Counted from the stretch's first letter, positions 38,589 through 48,555 are shown. The stretch: DNA of 64,000 nucleotides from Pirellulales bacterium (GCA_046582885.1 JAYGDO010000642.1:245-64244), one strand, 5' to 3'. A program made the numbers and translations. The notes: generated by a model from the sequence alone, not told the origin.

Positions 38589-39848
38589 ATGTCGCGATTT
38601 AGCCACATTCTTATGCCGTTTTTCGCCTTTACGGCGATGTTGCAGGCCCTGCAGACTCGAGGCGGGGACTGGCCCCAGGTTCTCGGGCCGTATCGGAACG
38701 GGCGAGCCACGAACGAGCAACTGGCGGACAGCTGGCCAAGCGGTGGCCCGAAACTGGTCTGGCGCCGCCAGGTCGGCCGCGGGTTCGCCGGCGTAGCTGT
38801 GCAAGGCCAGCGCGCGGTCGTATTTCACCGTGTCGACGATCAAGAAATCGTCGAAGCACTTGATGCGGCAACGGGCAAAACGATCTGGAAGCGATCATTT
38901 GTCGCCCGCTACAAGGGCCAAATTTTTCCCGACCAAGATGGGCCATTGTGCGTGCCGCTCATTCACAAAAAACAAGTATTTGTCTACGGTGCCGGCGGTG
39001 ACGCACATGCGTTGAACTTGGCGGATGGAAAACTGCAATGGTCGCGATCGCTTTACCGCGAGTTTCGCGGACGCGGAGGGTTGATCGATTACGGCTACTT
39101 CGGTGCGGGTAGTACGCCGATCGTTGCCGACAACAAACTCTTGATCAATGTGGGGGGAGCGAAAAATCACGGCCTCGTTGCGCTCGATTTGACGAGCGGA
39201 AAAATGGTCTGGTCCGCAACCGACGAAGGTCCAAGTTACAGTTCGCCGGTGGCGGCGACGAACGACGGTGCCGAGCACGTCATTTTTGTTACGAGGCTCA
39301 ATTGCGTTTCGGTTGATCCAAAGAGCGGCGATGTTCGATTTCGTTTTCCATTTGGAAAACGGGGACCGACGATCAACGGCGCGACGCCGATCGTGGTTGG
39401 ACGGCATCTATTTGTTTCGGCCAGCTACGGTGTCGGCGCGACCGTGGTGCAGTTCGATGCATCGAGTGCCAAGCCGGTCTGGGCCAACGACGAAGTGATG
39501 TCCAGCCAGTACAACACCTGTGTTTACCGCGATGGCTATCTGTACGGCACTGACGGCCGCGCAGATGTCGGCACGGGTACCTTGCGTTGTGTTAATTTCA
39601 AAACGGGCCACGCGGCGTGGTCGGTGAACGATTTTGGTATCGCCTCGGTGATCATCGCCGACGACAAACTGCTGATTTTGAAAGACGACGGTAAGCTGAT
39701 CTTAGCCAAGGCCTCGCCCGAGGAATTCGAGCGACTGGCGAGTGCACAAATTCTCAGAGATACCGTCCGCGCACTGCCAGCATTGGCGCACGGAAAATTA
39801 TTCGCCCGCGACTCGACGACGTTAAAGTGCTTTCAAGTGGGCGAGTAA
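38589..39848 (+). CDS. Secreted PQQ-like beta-propeller repeat protein
   Basis: ATG 38589 gives a signal peptide (MSRFSHILMPFFAFTAMLQALQ). Repeated W-x-(S/R/A) propeller-blade motifs follow (KTIWKRSF, KLQWSRSL, KMVWSATD, KPVWANDE, HAAWSVND). Confidence 0.75.
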   Translation: MSRFSHILMPFFAFTAMLQALQTRGGDWPQVLGPYRNGRATNEQLADSWPSGGPKLVWRRQVGRGFAGVAVQGQRAVVFHRVDDQEIVEALDAATGKTIWKRSFVARYKGQIFPDQDGPLCVPLIHKKQVFVYGAGGDAHALNLADGKLQWSRSLYREFRGRGGLIDYGYFGAGSTPIVADNKLLINVGGAKNHGLVALDLTSGKMVWSATDEGPSYSSPVAATNDGAEHVIFVTRLNCVSVDPKSGDVRFRFPFGKRGPTINGATPIVVGRHLFVSASYGVGATVVQFDASSAKPVWANDEVMSSQYNTCVYRDGYLYGTDGRADVGTGTLRCVNFKTGHAAWSVNDFGIASVIIADDKLLILKDDGKLILAKASPEEFERLASAQILRDTVRALPALAHGKLFARDSTTLKCFQVGE

Positions 39849-39888
39849 AAACCGGCGTCCGCGACGTGAATCTAGCGGAGTGGAGGGT

Positions 39889-40167
39889 TTACACGACCGA
39901 AAGTTTTCGCTTGGACTTGCGGAAGAACCCGACGCTTTCCAGCGCCAGATAAACTTCTTCGAGCGTCTTTTCGCCAAAATTCGAAATGTTCAGCAAGTCA
40001 TCTGGCGAACAATTCAAAAGATCCGCCACGGTATAGATGCCCCGCTCTTCGAGGCAATTCGTGGTGCGGACGGAAAGGCCGATTTCGGCCGTACTCATTT
40101 GCAGCTTGTCTTGAACCGACTGCTGCCCATTGCCACCTTCGGGCATACGAACGCGGGTCGATGCCAT
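39889..40167 (-). CDS. Stand-alone RNA polymerase alpha-subunit C-terminal-domain (alpha-CTD)-like protein
   Basis: The 92-aa ORF contains IGLSVRTTNCLEERGIYTVADLLNCSPDDLLNISNFGEKTLEEVYLALESVGF, which matches the two helix-hairpin-helix motifs of RpoA CTD (LSVRSANCL...LGKKSLTEI). Confidence 0.75.
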   Translation of the reverse strand: MASTRVRMPEGGNGQQSVQDKLQMSTAEIGLSVRTTNCLEERGIYTVADLLNCSPDDLLNISNFGEKTLEEVYLALESVGFFRKSKRKLSVV

Positions 40168-40311
40168 TAGGGCTCCCTCCCTGAAAAATTAATAAAGGAA
40201 ACAGTCCATGTCCAGTGCGGTACTGCGCACTTCCCTTAACCGAGATACTGTAGCAGTAAATTTTTTTTTTGGCTACGAACTTTCAAAGATTCTTCCGTTT
40301 TTTCATCCACA

Positions 40312-40339
40312 TTCTCAAGTGCTAGCATCTCGCTATACT
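40312..40339 (+). promoter_or_regulatory. Candidate sigma-70-type promoter (TTCTCA-16 nt-TATACT) ending 7 nt before the uvrD ATG
   Basis: Read directly: ttctca at 40312-40317, tatact at 40334-40339, ATG at 40347. No Shine-Dalgarno sequence in between. Confidence 0.3.
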
Positions 40340-40346
40340 GGCAGCC

Positions 40347-42614
40347 ATGAATGTCGACGTAGGCAATTTAACAACGGCACAGCGGTCCGCGGTCGAATAC
40401 ATCGACGGTCCGTTATTAATCCTGGCCGGTCCCGGAAGTGGCAAGACGCGTGTCGTAACGCATCGAATCGCGCACTTGCTCGATAAAGGTGTACCCGACG
40501 AACAGATCGTTGCCCTGACTTTTACCAACAAAGCCGCCGAAGAGATGCGCGCCCGCGTTGATCGATTGGTGCCCGATCGCGGCGTTTGGGTGAGCACATT
40601 TCATCGCTTTTCCGCACGTTTGCTGCGCAGTTATGCCCCGCACGTCGGTCTCGATCCCGCATTTACGATCTACGATGCCGGCGATAGTCTGCGAGCGCTC
40701 AAGCACGTGATCGAAACTGAAAACCACGATGCGAATGTTTTTACACCCCAACAAATCGCATCCGAAATAAGCCGGGCGAAAAACAATCTGATCGGCCCCG
40801 ATCAATACGAGCCGCGAATCGGCAAACCGTTGACGGCGGCAGTTGCGCAGCTTTACGGAGCATACCGAAAAAAACTGCTCGACTCGGCGGCTGTCGACTT
40901 CGACGATTTGCTGTTGCATGTCGCCACACTGTTGTGTGAGAACCCGGAAATCCGCCAAGTGCTCGATCAGCGTTTTCGCTACATTCTGATTGACGAATAC
41001 CAGGACACAAATCTTGCCCAGTATGCGATTTTGCGAGCGCTGTCGCACGATCATCCCAACTTGGCGGCGACGGGCGACCCGGATCAGTCCATCTTTGGCT
41101 GGCGCGGCGCGAATCTGAATAACATTCTGGAATTTGAAAATGATTTTCCCGACGTTCAAATAGTTCGACTGGAACAAAATTATCGCAGCACGAAAAACAT
41201 TCTTCGGGTGGCCGATGCGCTGATTGTGAACAACATACGTCGCAAACACAAACAACTCTTCACCGAAAACGATCTCGGACGGCCTGTCCAACTCGTTTGC
41301 TATCCCACGGCCAGGGATGAATCCGAGGCGATCGTGGCGCGAATCGCCCGCGACATCGCGAACGGCCAACGTCGGGCGCGAGATTTTGCCGTTCTTTACC
41401 GCACCAACGCGCTGTCACGCGGGTTGGAAACTGCGTTCGGCGAACTGGGCGTTCCGTATCAGCTTGTCAGAGGCGTCGAGTACTTTCAGCGCAAAGAGGT
41501 CAAAGATGTGTTGGCGTATTTGCAACTGGTCAACAATCCGCGAGACGATGTCGCTTTCTTGCGCATCGTGAATATGCCGCCACGCGGCATTGGCAAAAAG
41601 ACACTCGACGCATTAATGGCTTGCGCGCACCAGCGCACAGTTTCTTTGCTCGAAGCTGCAAATGCAGCGGATAAGGTTTCGTCTCTTTCACGGCGCGCCG
41701 CCACCGCACTTCGCAAGTTTACGGCGGTGATCGACCAGCTTGCGTCGCGCATCGGCAGCCCTTTGGAAGAGTTCGTCGGTCTCGTGCTGTCGCTGTCAGG
41801 TTATCGCGTACATCTCGAGGCGGGCGGCACCGAGGAGGACTCAGACCGTCTGGCAAACGTTGAGGAACTACTGACGATCGCCCGCGAATTCGACGAACGC
41901 TGTGGCGAACAGGAGAACCTGGAGGCATTTCTCGAACAGACGGCATTGATCAATGATACGGACGAATGGTCGCAGACGGTCGACCGGGTAACGCTGATGA
42001 CATTGCACGCGGCCAAGGGCCTCGAATTCCCGGTCGTCTACATCATTGCCGTCGAAGACAAACTGCTGCCGCACGACCGGGGACGCGACGATCCCAACGA
42101 CGTCGAAGAAGAACGCCGCCTGATGTTCGTAGGTCTGACGCGGGCCGAGCAGGAATTGCAACTGAGTATGGCGCATCGCCGCGACGTTCGGGGGCAAAGA
42201 CGGACGGCCGTTCCGAGCCCGTTTCTTATGGAATTGCCGCGCGGGGAGATGGACGTCATCGACTTGGGCAGGCCACAATTGGATAGCGGTCAGCCGGAAA
42301 ATGACGAATTCCAGCAGGCCCAAAACAGATCGCCGCATCGGCAACCGCGTGCCGCCGAGCCGCTAACGCCGCTGATAACGGCCGCCGAATTGGCCGCCGG
42401 CCCGCAAGCAGTTTCAAATGCCGCTGAGATCGATATCGAAGTGTTTCATGTCGGAATGCCGGTGACGCACCCCGAATACGGACTTGGTAAAATCGCGGCA
42501 CTCAGCGGCCGTGGCGGGAAGCGGATGGCCGTCGTCAACTTTGCCACCGCGGGACAACACCGCTTTCGCTTAAAAGAAAGTTCGCTAGCGCCCGCCGGAA
42601 GCCAGTTGACATAG
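40347..42614 (+). CDS. uvrD: ATP-dependent DNA helicase UvrD/PcrA family
   Basis: Helicase motifs AGPGSGKTRV, TFTNKAAEEM, ILIDEYQDTN, VGDPDQSIFGWRGA, QNYRST, TLHAAKGLEFPVV and VGLTRA, plus a C-terminal Tudor-like tail. Confidence 0.9.
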   Translation: MNVDVGNLTTAQRSAVEYIDGPLLILAGPGSGKTRVVTHRIAHLLDKGVPDEQIVALTFTNKAAEEMRARVDRLVPDRGVWVSTFHRFSARLLRSYAPHVGLDPAFTIYDAGDSLRALKHVIETENHDANVFTPQQIASEISRAKNNLIGPDQYEPRIGKPLTAAVAQLYGAYRKKLLDSAAVDFDDLLLHVATLLCENPEIRQVLDQRFRYILIDEYQDTNLAQYAILRALSHDHPNLAATGDPDQSIFGWRGANLNNILEFENDFPDVQIVRLEQNYRSTKNILRVADALIVNNIRRKHKQLFTENDLGRPVQLVCYPTARDESEAIVARIARDIANGQRRARDFAVLYRTNALSRGLETAFGELGVPYQLVRGVEYFQRKEVKDVLAYLQLVNNPRDDVAFLRIVNMPPRGIGKKTLDALMACAHQRTVSLLEAANAADKVSSLSRRAATALRKFTAVIDQLASRIGSPLEEFVGLVLSLSGYRVHLEAGGTEEDSDRLANVEELLTIAREFDERCGEQENLEAFLEQTALINDTDEWSQTVDRVTLMTLHAAKGLEFPVVYIIAVEDKLLPHDRGRDDPNDVEEERRLMFVGLTRAEQELQLSMAHRRDVRGQRRTAVPSPFLMELPRGEMDVIDLGRPQLDSGQPENDEFQQAQNRSPHRQPRAAEPLTPLITAAELAAGPQAVSNAAEIDIEVFHVGMPVTHPEYGLGKIAALSGRGGKRMAVVNFATAGQHRFRLKESSLAPAGSQLT

Positions 42615-42616
42615 AG

Positions 42617-44062
42617 ATGACCAGTTTTCCAAAAATTGCGCAGTTCAAAAACGTCGAAGCCTTTCGCCGACGGCTTGAGGACCTTGGAGTTGATTTGCCG
42701 TGCGACGACGAGATTCTGACCGCAGACCGCGGATCGCCACTCGCACTGCCGCTGGAAATTGGCGGGTTCACAGTCGGCAACCGCTGGTGCATACATCCCA
42801 TGGAAGGCTGGGATGCGAATCTCGATGGATCGCCCAGTCAGCATACGCTTCGCCGCTGGCATAACTTTGGTATTAGCGGCGCGAAATTGATCTGGGGTGG
42901 CGAGGCGGCCGCTGTCCGGCCGGACGGCCGCGCAAATCCCCGTCAGACGCTTGCCACCGGCAACAACCGTGGCGGACTCGAACAACTGCTCGAGACACTA
43001 CTCGATGCACACCGCCAGCGATTTGACACCGCGGACGATGTGCTCGTTGGATTGCAGCTGACGCACTCGGGACGATTCTGTCGCCCTAATTCTCATAAAC
43101 TCGAACCAAGGATTGCATACCATCATCCATTACTGGACGGCAAGTTCGGCATTCCCGCTGCCGATGACTCGATCGTTTGGACTGATGACGATTTGCGGCG
43201 TCTGATTGACAGCTATGTTACGGCGGCCGGCGTCGCCCGTGACGCCGGCTTTCAATTCGTCGACATCAAGGCGTGCCACGGGTATCTACTGCACGAGTTC
43301 CTCAGTGCACGAACACGCCCCGGTCATTTCGGCGGCGACTTTGAGGGCCGCACGCGGCTGTTGAAGACGATCATCCGACGCCTGCGTGACGCATATCCAG
43401 ATCTGATGGTCTTCGTACGTCTGAGTGTTTTTGACACGGTTCCATTCAAGACGAGTCGCGAAGCCGGGCGGCCGTTGCCGTTTGCGGACTTGCTGCCATA
43501 TCAATTTGGATTCGGTGTGGATGAAGACCATCCGTTGCAAGTTAACTTGCAGGAACCGGTCCGTCTGATTGTTGCACTGCAGCAACTCGGTGTGGCCGCC
43601 GTCAACATTTCGTGCGGCAGTCCTTACTACAATCCACATGTCCAGCGACCGGCGATCTTTCCGCCGAGTGACGGTTATCAACCGCCGGAAGATCCGCTGG
43701 TTGGCGTCGCGCGACAGATTCAAGCTGCCCGCGCGTGCAAACAGGCGGTGCCGGGCATGCCGATGGTCGGTAGCGGCTATTCGTATCTGCAAGATTATCT
43801 GCCGCAAGTCGCCCAAGCGGTTATCCGCGACGGCTGGACCGACTCGATTGGCCTGGGACGCATGGTTCTGTCGTATCCCGAATTGCCGGACGACGTGTTG
43901 TCGGCAGGCGTATTGCGGCGGAAGCGAGTCTGCCGCACATTCAGTGACTGTACGACAGCGCCGCGGAACGACATCATCTCAGGTTGCTTTCCATTGGATC
44001 CATATTACCAATCGCTGCCCGAGGCAAAACAACTTCGCGAAACGAAACAAGCGATGAAGTAG
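42617..44062 (+). CDS. NADH:flavin oxidoreductase (Old Yellow Enzyme family)
   Basis: TIM-barrel OYE pattern including FDFVDIKACHGYLLHEFLS and GLGRMVLSYPELP. Confidence 0.8.
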   Translation: MTSFPKIAQFKNVEAFRRRLEDLGVDLPCDDEILTADRGSPLALPLEIGGFTVGNRWCIHPMEGWDANLDGSPSQHTLRRWHNFGISGAKLIWGGEAAAVRPDGRANPRQTLATGNNRGGLEQLLETLLDAHRQRFDTADDVLVGLQLTHSGRFCRPNSHKLEPRIAYHHPLLDGKFGIPAADDSIVWTDDDLRRLIDSYVTAAGVARDAGFQFVDIKACHGYLLHEFLSARTRPGHFGGDFEGRTRLLKTIIRRLRDAYPDLMVFVRLSVFDTVPFKTSREAGRPLPFADLLPYQFGFGVDEDHPLQVNLQEPVRLIVALQQLGVAAVNISCGSPYYNPHVQRPAIFPPSDGYQPPEDPLVGVARQIQAARACKQAVPGMPMVGSGYSYLQDYLPQVAQAVIRDGWTDSIGLGRMVLSYPELPDDVLSAGVLRRKRVCRTFSDCTTAPRNDIISGCFPLDPYYQSLPEAKQLRETKQAMK

Positions 44063-44163
44063 CCGCGAACCCCTCGCGCGCTTGTTTTGGATCGTACAAG
44101 GACGCCGATCTGTGAATTGCTCAAAGCGAATCCGTGCCGCAACCGGCGATTTGCCTGGGCCGA

Positions 44164-45678
44164 CTACGCTTCGATTTCCGTCGGCAATGTGAAGTAGAAA
44201 TGGCTGCCGTCGCCGGGGTTTGATTCCACTCCGATCTCGCCCTGGTGACGTTCGACAATTCGCTTGCAAATCGCCAGTCCGATTCCCGTACCGGAATAGT
44301 TTTCTTCATCACTGTGCAGCCTGCGAAAGATCTGAAACACACGGTCCGCAAATTTCTGCTCAAAACCGATGCCGTTGTCTTGCACCGAGAACCGCCAAAC
44401 GGTTCGTTCGTTTTTCGCTGAAATGTGGATTTGAGGCGACTCTTCGCTTCGGTACTTGATCGCATTGGCAATCAGGTTCTGGAACAGTTGCGTCAATTGT
44501 GTCTTGTCGGCCATGACAACCGGCAGCGGGTCATTGGTAACATTCGCCTCGCTCTCATAGATTTCGGCGTCAAGATCGTTTAGCACGCGACGAATGACCG
44601 CTTGGCAATCGAGGCGCTCCAGCGGTTTTGCCTCGGTGGCCACACGGGCGTACGTTCGCAGGTCTTGGACCAACGTACGCATCCGCTCCGATCCTTCCAC
44701 GATAAACTGGATATACTCATCCGCCGTTTCATCTAGTTGCCCACCGTAGTGCCGTTTGAGTAATTCACAAAAGCTGGTAACGGCCCGCAGCGGTGCGAGC
44801 AAGTCGTGCGAGACAATCGAAGCGTACTGGTCCAGATCTTGGTTGCTGCGTTCCAGGTCGGTCGAGTATCGTTTGAGTTCTTCTTCCGCTCTCCGCCTTG
44901 TCGTAATGTCTCGCAGGAACACCGTAAACACCAGCGTGCCATGCATAGGAATCGGCTGCGTGGCCATTTCGGCAATGAACGGTTCGCCACTCTTTCGGAT
45001 TGCCGTCAATTCGATGCGTGTTCCCAACATCGAACCTTCGCCCCGATTTTGATACTGCTCGACATTACGTCGCAAACGCTTGCGTGATTTTTCGTCCAGC
45101 AGTAAGTCGCCCATATCCTGCGATAGCGCTTCATCTCGGCTGAATCCCAACATGCGTTCGGCGGCAGGATTTAAATCCAGGATGCACCCGTCAGCGTCGA
45201 TGGTGATGATGCAGTCCAATGACGCATTCAAGATGGCCGCGAACCGCTGATCACTGCGTTTAAGCGCCTCTTTGGAGTAGGCCAACTCTTCGGCCGCTTG
45301 CCGGTGGCGCCCCGCGTGTTCAATCGAGCGGTGTAGCAGGTCGGCCGTTAAGTGCTCCTTAATAATAAAATCGTCTGCGCCCCGATGAACTGCGGCTGCC
45401 GCAGTATCAACGTCGTCGAGCGTCGTCAGCACGATGATCGGTACTTCATCATTTTGTGCGCGTGCGCGGGCCAGCGTTTCCAATCCTTGACATTCAGGTT
45501 GATCTAGATTGATCAGCGCGGCATCCAGATTTCCTTCCGCCAGACGCTTCATTCCCGTCTGGAACTTCGACGCCCACTCCATCACGGCCGTCGTGCCCGC
45601 ACGGTCGAACAGGCGGCCAATATAGGCGGCGCCGTCAGGATTATCCTCAACTAGTAGAACCTTGAGCCGATCGGGCAT
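44164..45678 (-). CDS. Hybrid signal-transduction protein: N-terminal receiver, PAS, histidine kinase
   Basis: REC (KVLLVEDNPDG...). PAS (RFAAILNASLDCIITIDADG). H-box YASIVSHDLLAPLR, N box NLIANAIKY and G box GTGIGLAICK. Confidence 0.85.
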   Translation of the reverse strand: MPDRLKVLLVEDNPDGAAYIGRLFDRAGTTAVMEWASKFQTGMKRLAEGNLDAALINLDQPECQGLETLARARAQNDEVPIIVLTTLDDVDTAAAAVHRGADDFIIKEHLTADLLHRSIEHAGRHRQAAEELAYSKEALKRSDQRFAAILNASLDCIITIDADGCILDLNPAAERMLGFSRDEALSQDMGDLLLDEKSRKRLRRNVEQYQNRGEGSMLGTRIELTAIRKSGEPFIAEMATQPIPMHGTLVFTVFLRDITTRRRAEEELKRYSTDLERSNQDLDQYASIVSHDLLAPLRAVTSFCELLKRHYGGQLDETADEYIQFIVEGSERMRTLVQDLRTYARVATEAKPLERLDCQAVIRRVLNDLDAEIYESEANVTNDPLPVVMADKTQLTQLFQNLIANAIKYRSEESPQIHISAKNERTVWRFSVQDNGIGFEQKFADRVFQIFRRLHSDEENYSGTGIGLAICKRIVERHQGEIGVESNPGDGSHFYFTLPTEIEA

Positions 45679-46183
45679 GTGGCGTTTCGTCCTGCAAGAA
45701 GTGAACCTCTGTAAACGGCGAGGTGCCGGTGACGAAAAACGCTTCGCTCAACCCCGGTAGTATAACAGGCCGTCATCGCATTCAAAATAATTGGCCCTCG
45801 GTGACCGCCACAGCGCGGGTGTGAATGGCTGCTTGTTCGAACAGTCCGACACGAAATTCCGCAGGAACGCGGTGCTTTATTAAAGTGCGACTTTCCATGA
45901 TTCTGTGGAATCCTCGTATCTGCGACCGTCAACTTCGAGAAAAATTGAACCGCGATAACCAATTCTGTCTAACGCGGAAAAGAATGGGTCGCCAACGATT
46001 TCGGCGAACTTCAAATCTGAAACAGGGAGACCGACCTAGCCTAATTTCAGGGTGGGAATTTGGGACGCCACCTTGATCGCGCTCAATGTGAAATACGCTA
46101 AATTGCCGTGAGTCATGGCTTGATACGCATCAACCACATTGGATTTGCGCGGCGGTGCCGAGCCGAGAAGACTGCAGTTCGAA

Positions 46184-47074
46184 CTATTGGGATTGCCGAG
46201 CCCGCGTTACTCGCGCTGGGTCGGCGGACGCTTGGTTGCGCCGGGTGGCCTTATCGTACACGCTGCCGGCCATGTCAAAGAACTTCTTTCTGGTTTCGCG
46301 ATCGAGTTCTTCGAGTTGCGATGCCAGTCGCTGCACGCCCGGACCGTTGCGCTCGGTGGTGCGGCCGAGTTTTGTGACGAAGTTCGCTGTCTCGACGAAA
46401 TTCTGGTCCGTCGTCTTGCCAATCGAGTTCTGAAACGCGCGGGCGACCAAGTCGACACCAAAATTCTTCACGCTGAGGAAGATGTCCATCTTGTTCGACA
46501 CGTACTGATGCCCGTTGCCGTGACGTACGTATTCAGATCGTAAGATAATCAGGCAATTTGCCCGGATGGTCCTCGCGGTCATTGATCCATCGTAGGCGCC
46601 TTCGCAGTAGAGGATGTGTGTCTTGTGGTCGCCATAAAGAAACTCGATATTGCTGATCGTGCCGGCATTGTCGCTGGTATAAAAGCTCTCAGGCCCTTTT
46701 CGTTGCAGAACCATTTCGGTCGCGTTCATCTTCCGCCAGATGTTAACGATAACTTCCGGATGCCGGACCAAGAAGATGAAGTACCTCGCATCGCATTCGA
46801 CCAACTGGGTTGGCAAGCGGCGGTAAATGGTGGTGCGATTTAGCACCGAGTTGACTTTGCGCTGTGCGTCGGCGTCGAGTTCGCCGAACGGAATCGCGCG
46901 AGTTGCCTCTGTACGCGCGGCACGGGAGTTGTTGCCGACTGGAGATGCGATGGCAACCGCGGGTTGTCCGGGCCACGTCAATGACAGCAGCGCGAGCAGA
47001 GCCGCACTCGAAACGATGCGACGACGGATGCCGTTTTGATTTCGAGCCACCATGGCTGCTCGCCATCGATCCAT
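46184..47074 (-). CDS. Hypothetical secreted protein
   Basis: ORF track. Arg-rich N-terminus followed by a hydrophobic signal-like segment (SSAALLALLSLTWPGQPAVAIA). I recognise no motif. Confidence 0.55.
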   Translation of the reverse strand: MDRWRAAMVARNQNGIRRRIVSSAALLALLSLTWPGQPAVAIASPVGNNSRAARTEATRAIPFGELDADAQRKVNSVLNRTTIYRRLPTQLVECDARYFIFLVRHPEVIVNIWRKMNATEMVLQRKGPESFYTSDNAGTISNIEFLYGDHKTHILYCEGAYDGSMTARTIRANCLIILRSEYVRHGNGHQYVSNKMDIFLSVKNFGVDLVARAFQNSIGKTTDQNFVETANFVTKLGRTTERNGPGVQRLASQLEELDRETRKKFFDMAGSVYDKATRRNQASADPARVTRARQSQ

Positions 47075-47614
47075 TCATTTTCTCCATCGTAGGCCCCAAT
47101 GCCTACATACAAACAAGGTATTCGGCTTAGAGAAGCCTTTGGGGTCAGTCAAAGTTGGAAAGCCTTAACGGCAGTGGTGAAAGCTCGGAAGCGAATCGTC
47201 AGACGAAGCGGATTTGAAGAAAGTTGGCAGGCTGTTGGCGTCATGAGATGCTGTCAGAGAAGTCGACAACGGAGTGACGCCCGCTGGCAGTATCGCAATC
47301 ACAGCATTCGCACTAGCGGCTCGGCCCCTGGAATTATCTTTGGCGATGGCCGCGTTGATGATTACCGTCGCGAGCGAAGATTGTCGTCGGGCACAGTTGC
47401 GGACACAGTGTTTTGGGGGGGCAAAATTGGCGGCCGCAACGGCTGCTGATAATGAGTCGCAATCTTGATGCCGGTGAAACGACAACATGTATCAATAGCG
47501 ACCGTAAGACACAACTTTTGATCTTGTCCCCTGGACGATTCACGTTGGGCCGCCATAGAATCTAGGCCAGTGTGATTTACCTAGTTACTACACCTCCGTT
47601 TTGGAGATAAAGAC

Positions 47615-48100
47615 ATGCAAGGCAGCAACGCAGTTATCGAAGCTCTAAACGCCGGCCTGACAGTTGAACTGACGGCGATCAACCAGTATTTCGTTCATTC
47701 AAAAATGTGCCGGAACTGGGGCCTGAACAAACTGGCCGACCATTATTACGCCGAGTCGATTGAAGAGATGAAACACGCCGAAGAAGTGATTGATCGCATT
47801 CTCTTCTTCGACGGCGTTCCAGAAATCGCCCGCTACGATGTGATAAAAGTTGGCGCGACGCCAAAAGAGCAAATCGAAAATGGCATGCAGCTCGAACTGA
47901 AAGGCATCGCGGCTTACAACGATGGCGTTCAGACCGCGATCAACGAAAAAGATTCAGGCAGCCGCGATTTGATGGAACGGATGGTCGTCGAATCTGAGCA
48001 AAGTGTCGATTGGGCCGAAGCGCAGTTGGATCTGATCAAAATGGCCGGACTTGAGAATTATTTGGCGCAACAAATCGGCGACGCCCCGGCCGGCGGTTAG
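47615..48100 (+). CDS. bfr: Bacterioferritin
   Basis: VIEALNAGLTVELTAINQYFVHSKMCRNWG...ESIEEMKHAEEVIDRILFFDG, about 160 aa. Confidence 0.9.
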   Translation: MQGSNAVIEALNAGLTVELTAINQYFVHSKMCRNWGLNKLADHYYAESIEEMKHAEEVIDRILFFDGVPEIARYDVIKVGATPKEQIENGMQLELKGIAAYNDGVQTAINEKDSGSRDLMERMVVESEQSVDWAEAQLDLIKMAGLENYLAQQIGDAPAGG

Positions 48101-48120
48101 AATACCAGTGGCGAGAACTG

Positions 48121-48456
48121 CTAGGCCACCTGGCAATCGCAGTGATTCTGGTCGAAGCCGCACTCGGTGCACGTTTCAAACGGGCCACAGGTCGGCGCGA
48201 GCCCGGCCAGCATCCGTCGAATTCGGTAATGGCAGGCCGTACAGCCCGCGCCGGCTCGCGTGTGCAGCGTTACTTCTTCGACGGATTGGGCATCGATCTT
48301 CCGGATCACCGAACGGATGTCGGCCTCGGTCACTTCGTAGCAGTGACAGACAAATTCCCCGGAAGGGCAGGTGCCGCAGGCGGAATCGGTGCGAATGGTC
48401 TGTTGGCGAACCGGCATTTTTCTGAGCCATCGACTGTATCTGAGATTGAGTCTCAA
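48121..48456 (-). CDS. BFD-like [2Fe-2S]-binding domain protein with Cys-rich extensions
   Basis: CHCYEVTEADIRSVIRK...AGAGCTACHYRIRRML matches the Bfd-type domain. Additional CGTC (N-terminal) and CGPFETCTECGFDQNHCDC (C-terminal) segments. Convergent with bfr. Confidence 0.7.
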   Translation of the reverse strand: MRLNLRYSRWLRKMPVRQQTIRTDSACGTCPSGEFVCHCYEVTEADIRSVIRKIDAQSVEEVTLHTRAGAGCTACHYRIRRMLAGLAPTCGPFETCTECGFDQNHCDCQVA

Positions 48457-48555
48457 TTGTGGTCGCTGGCTGGGCGATTGTCAACAGCGGCGGCAGGCCG
48501 GTGACCGCATTTTCGCTGGTCAATGGTGGGGAAGTCAGCTCGCCCACCGAACACG

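Noticed and set aside
40416-41369. 317-aa minus-strand ORF
   Set aside because: It is antisense to uvrD, whose helicase motifs are unambiguous on the plus strand.
47448-47466. Fur-box-like sequence GATAATGAGTCGCAATCTT upstream of bfr
   Set aside because: Only the first 8 positions and 12 of 19 overall match the classical consensus, which is too weak to call as a feature. It is mentioned only as a lead.
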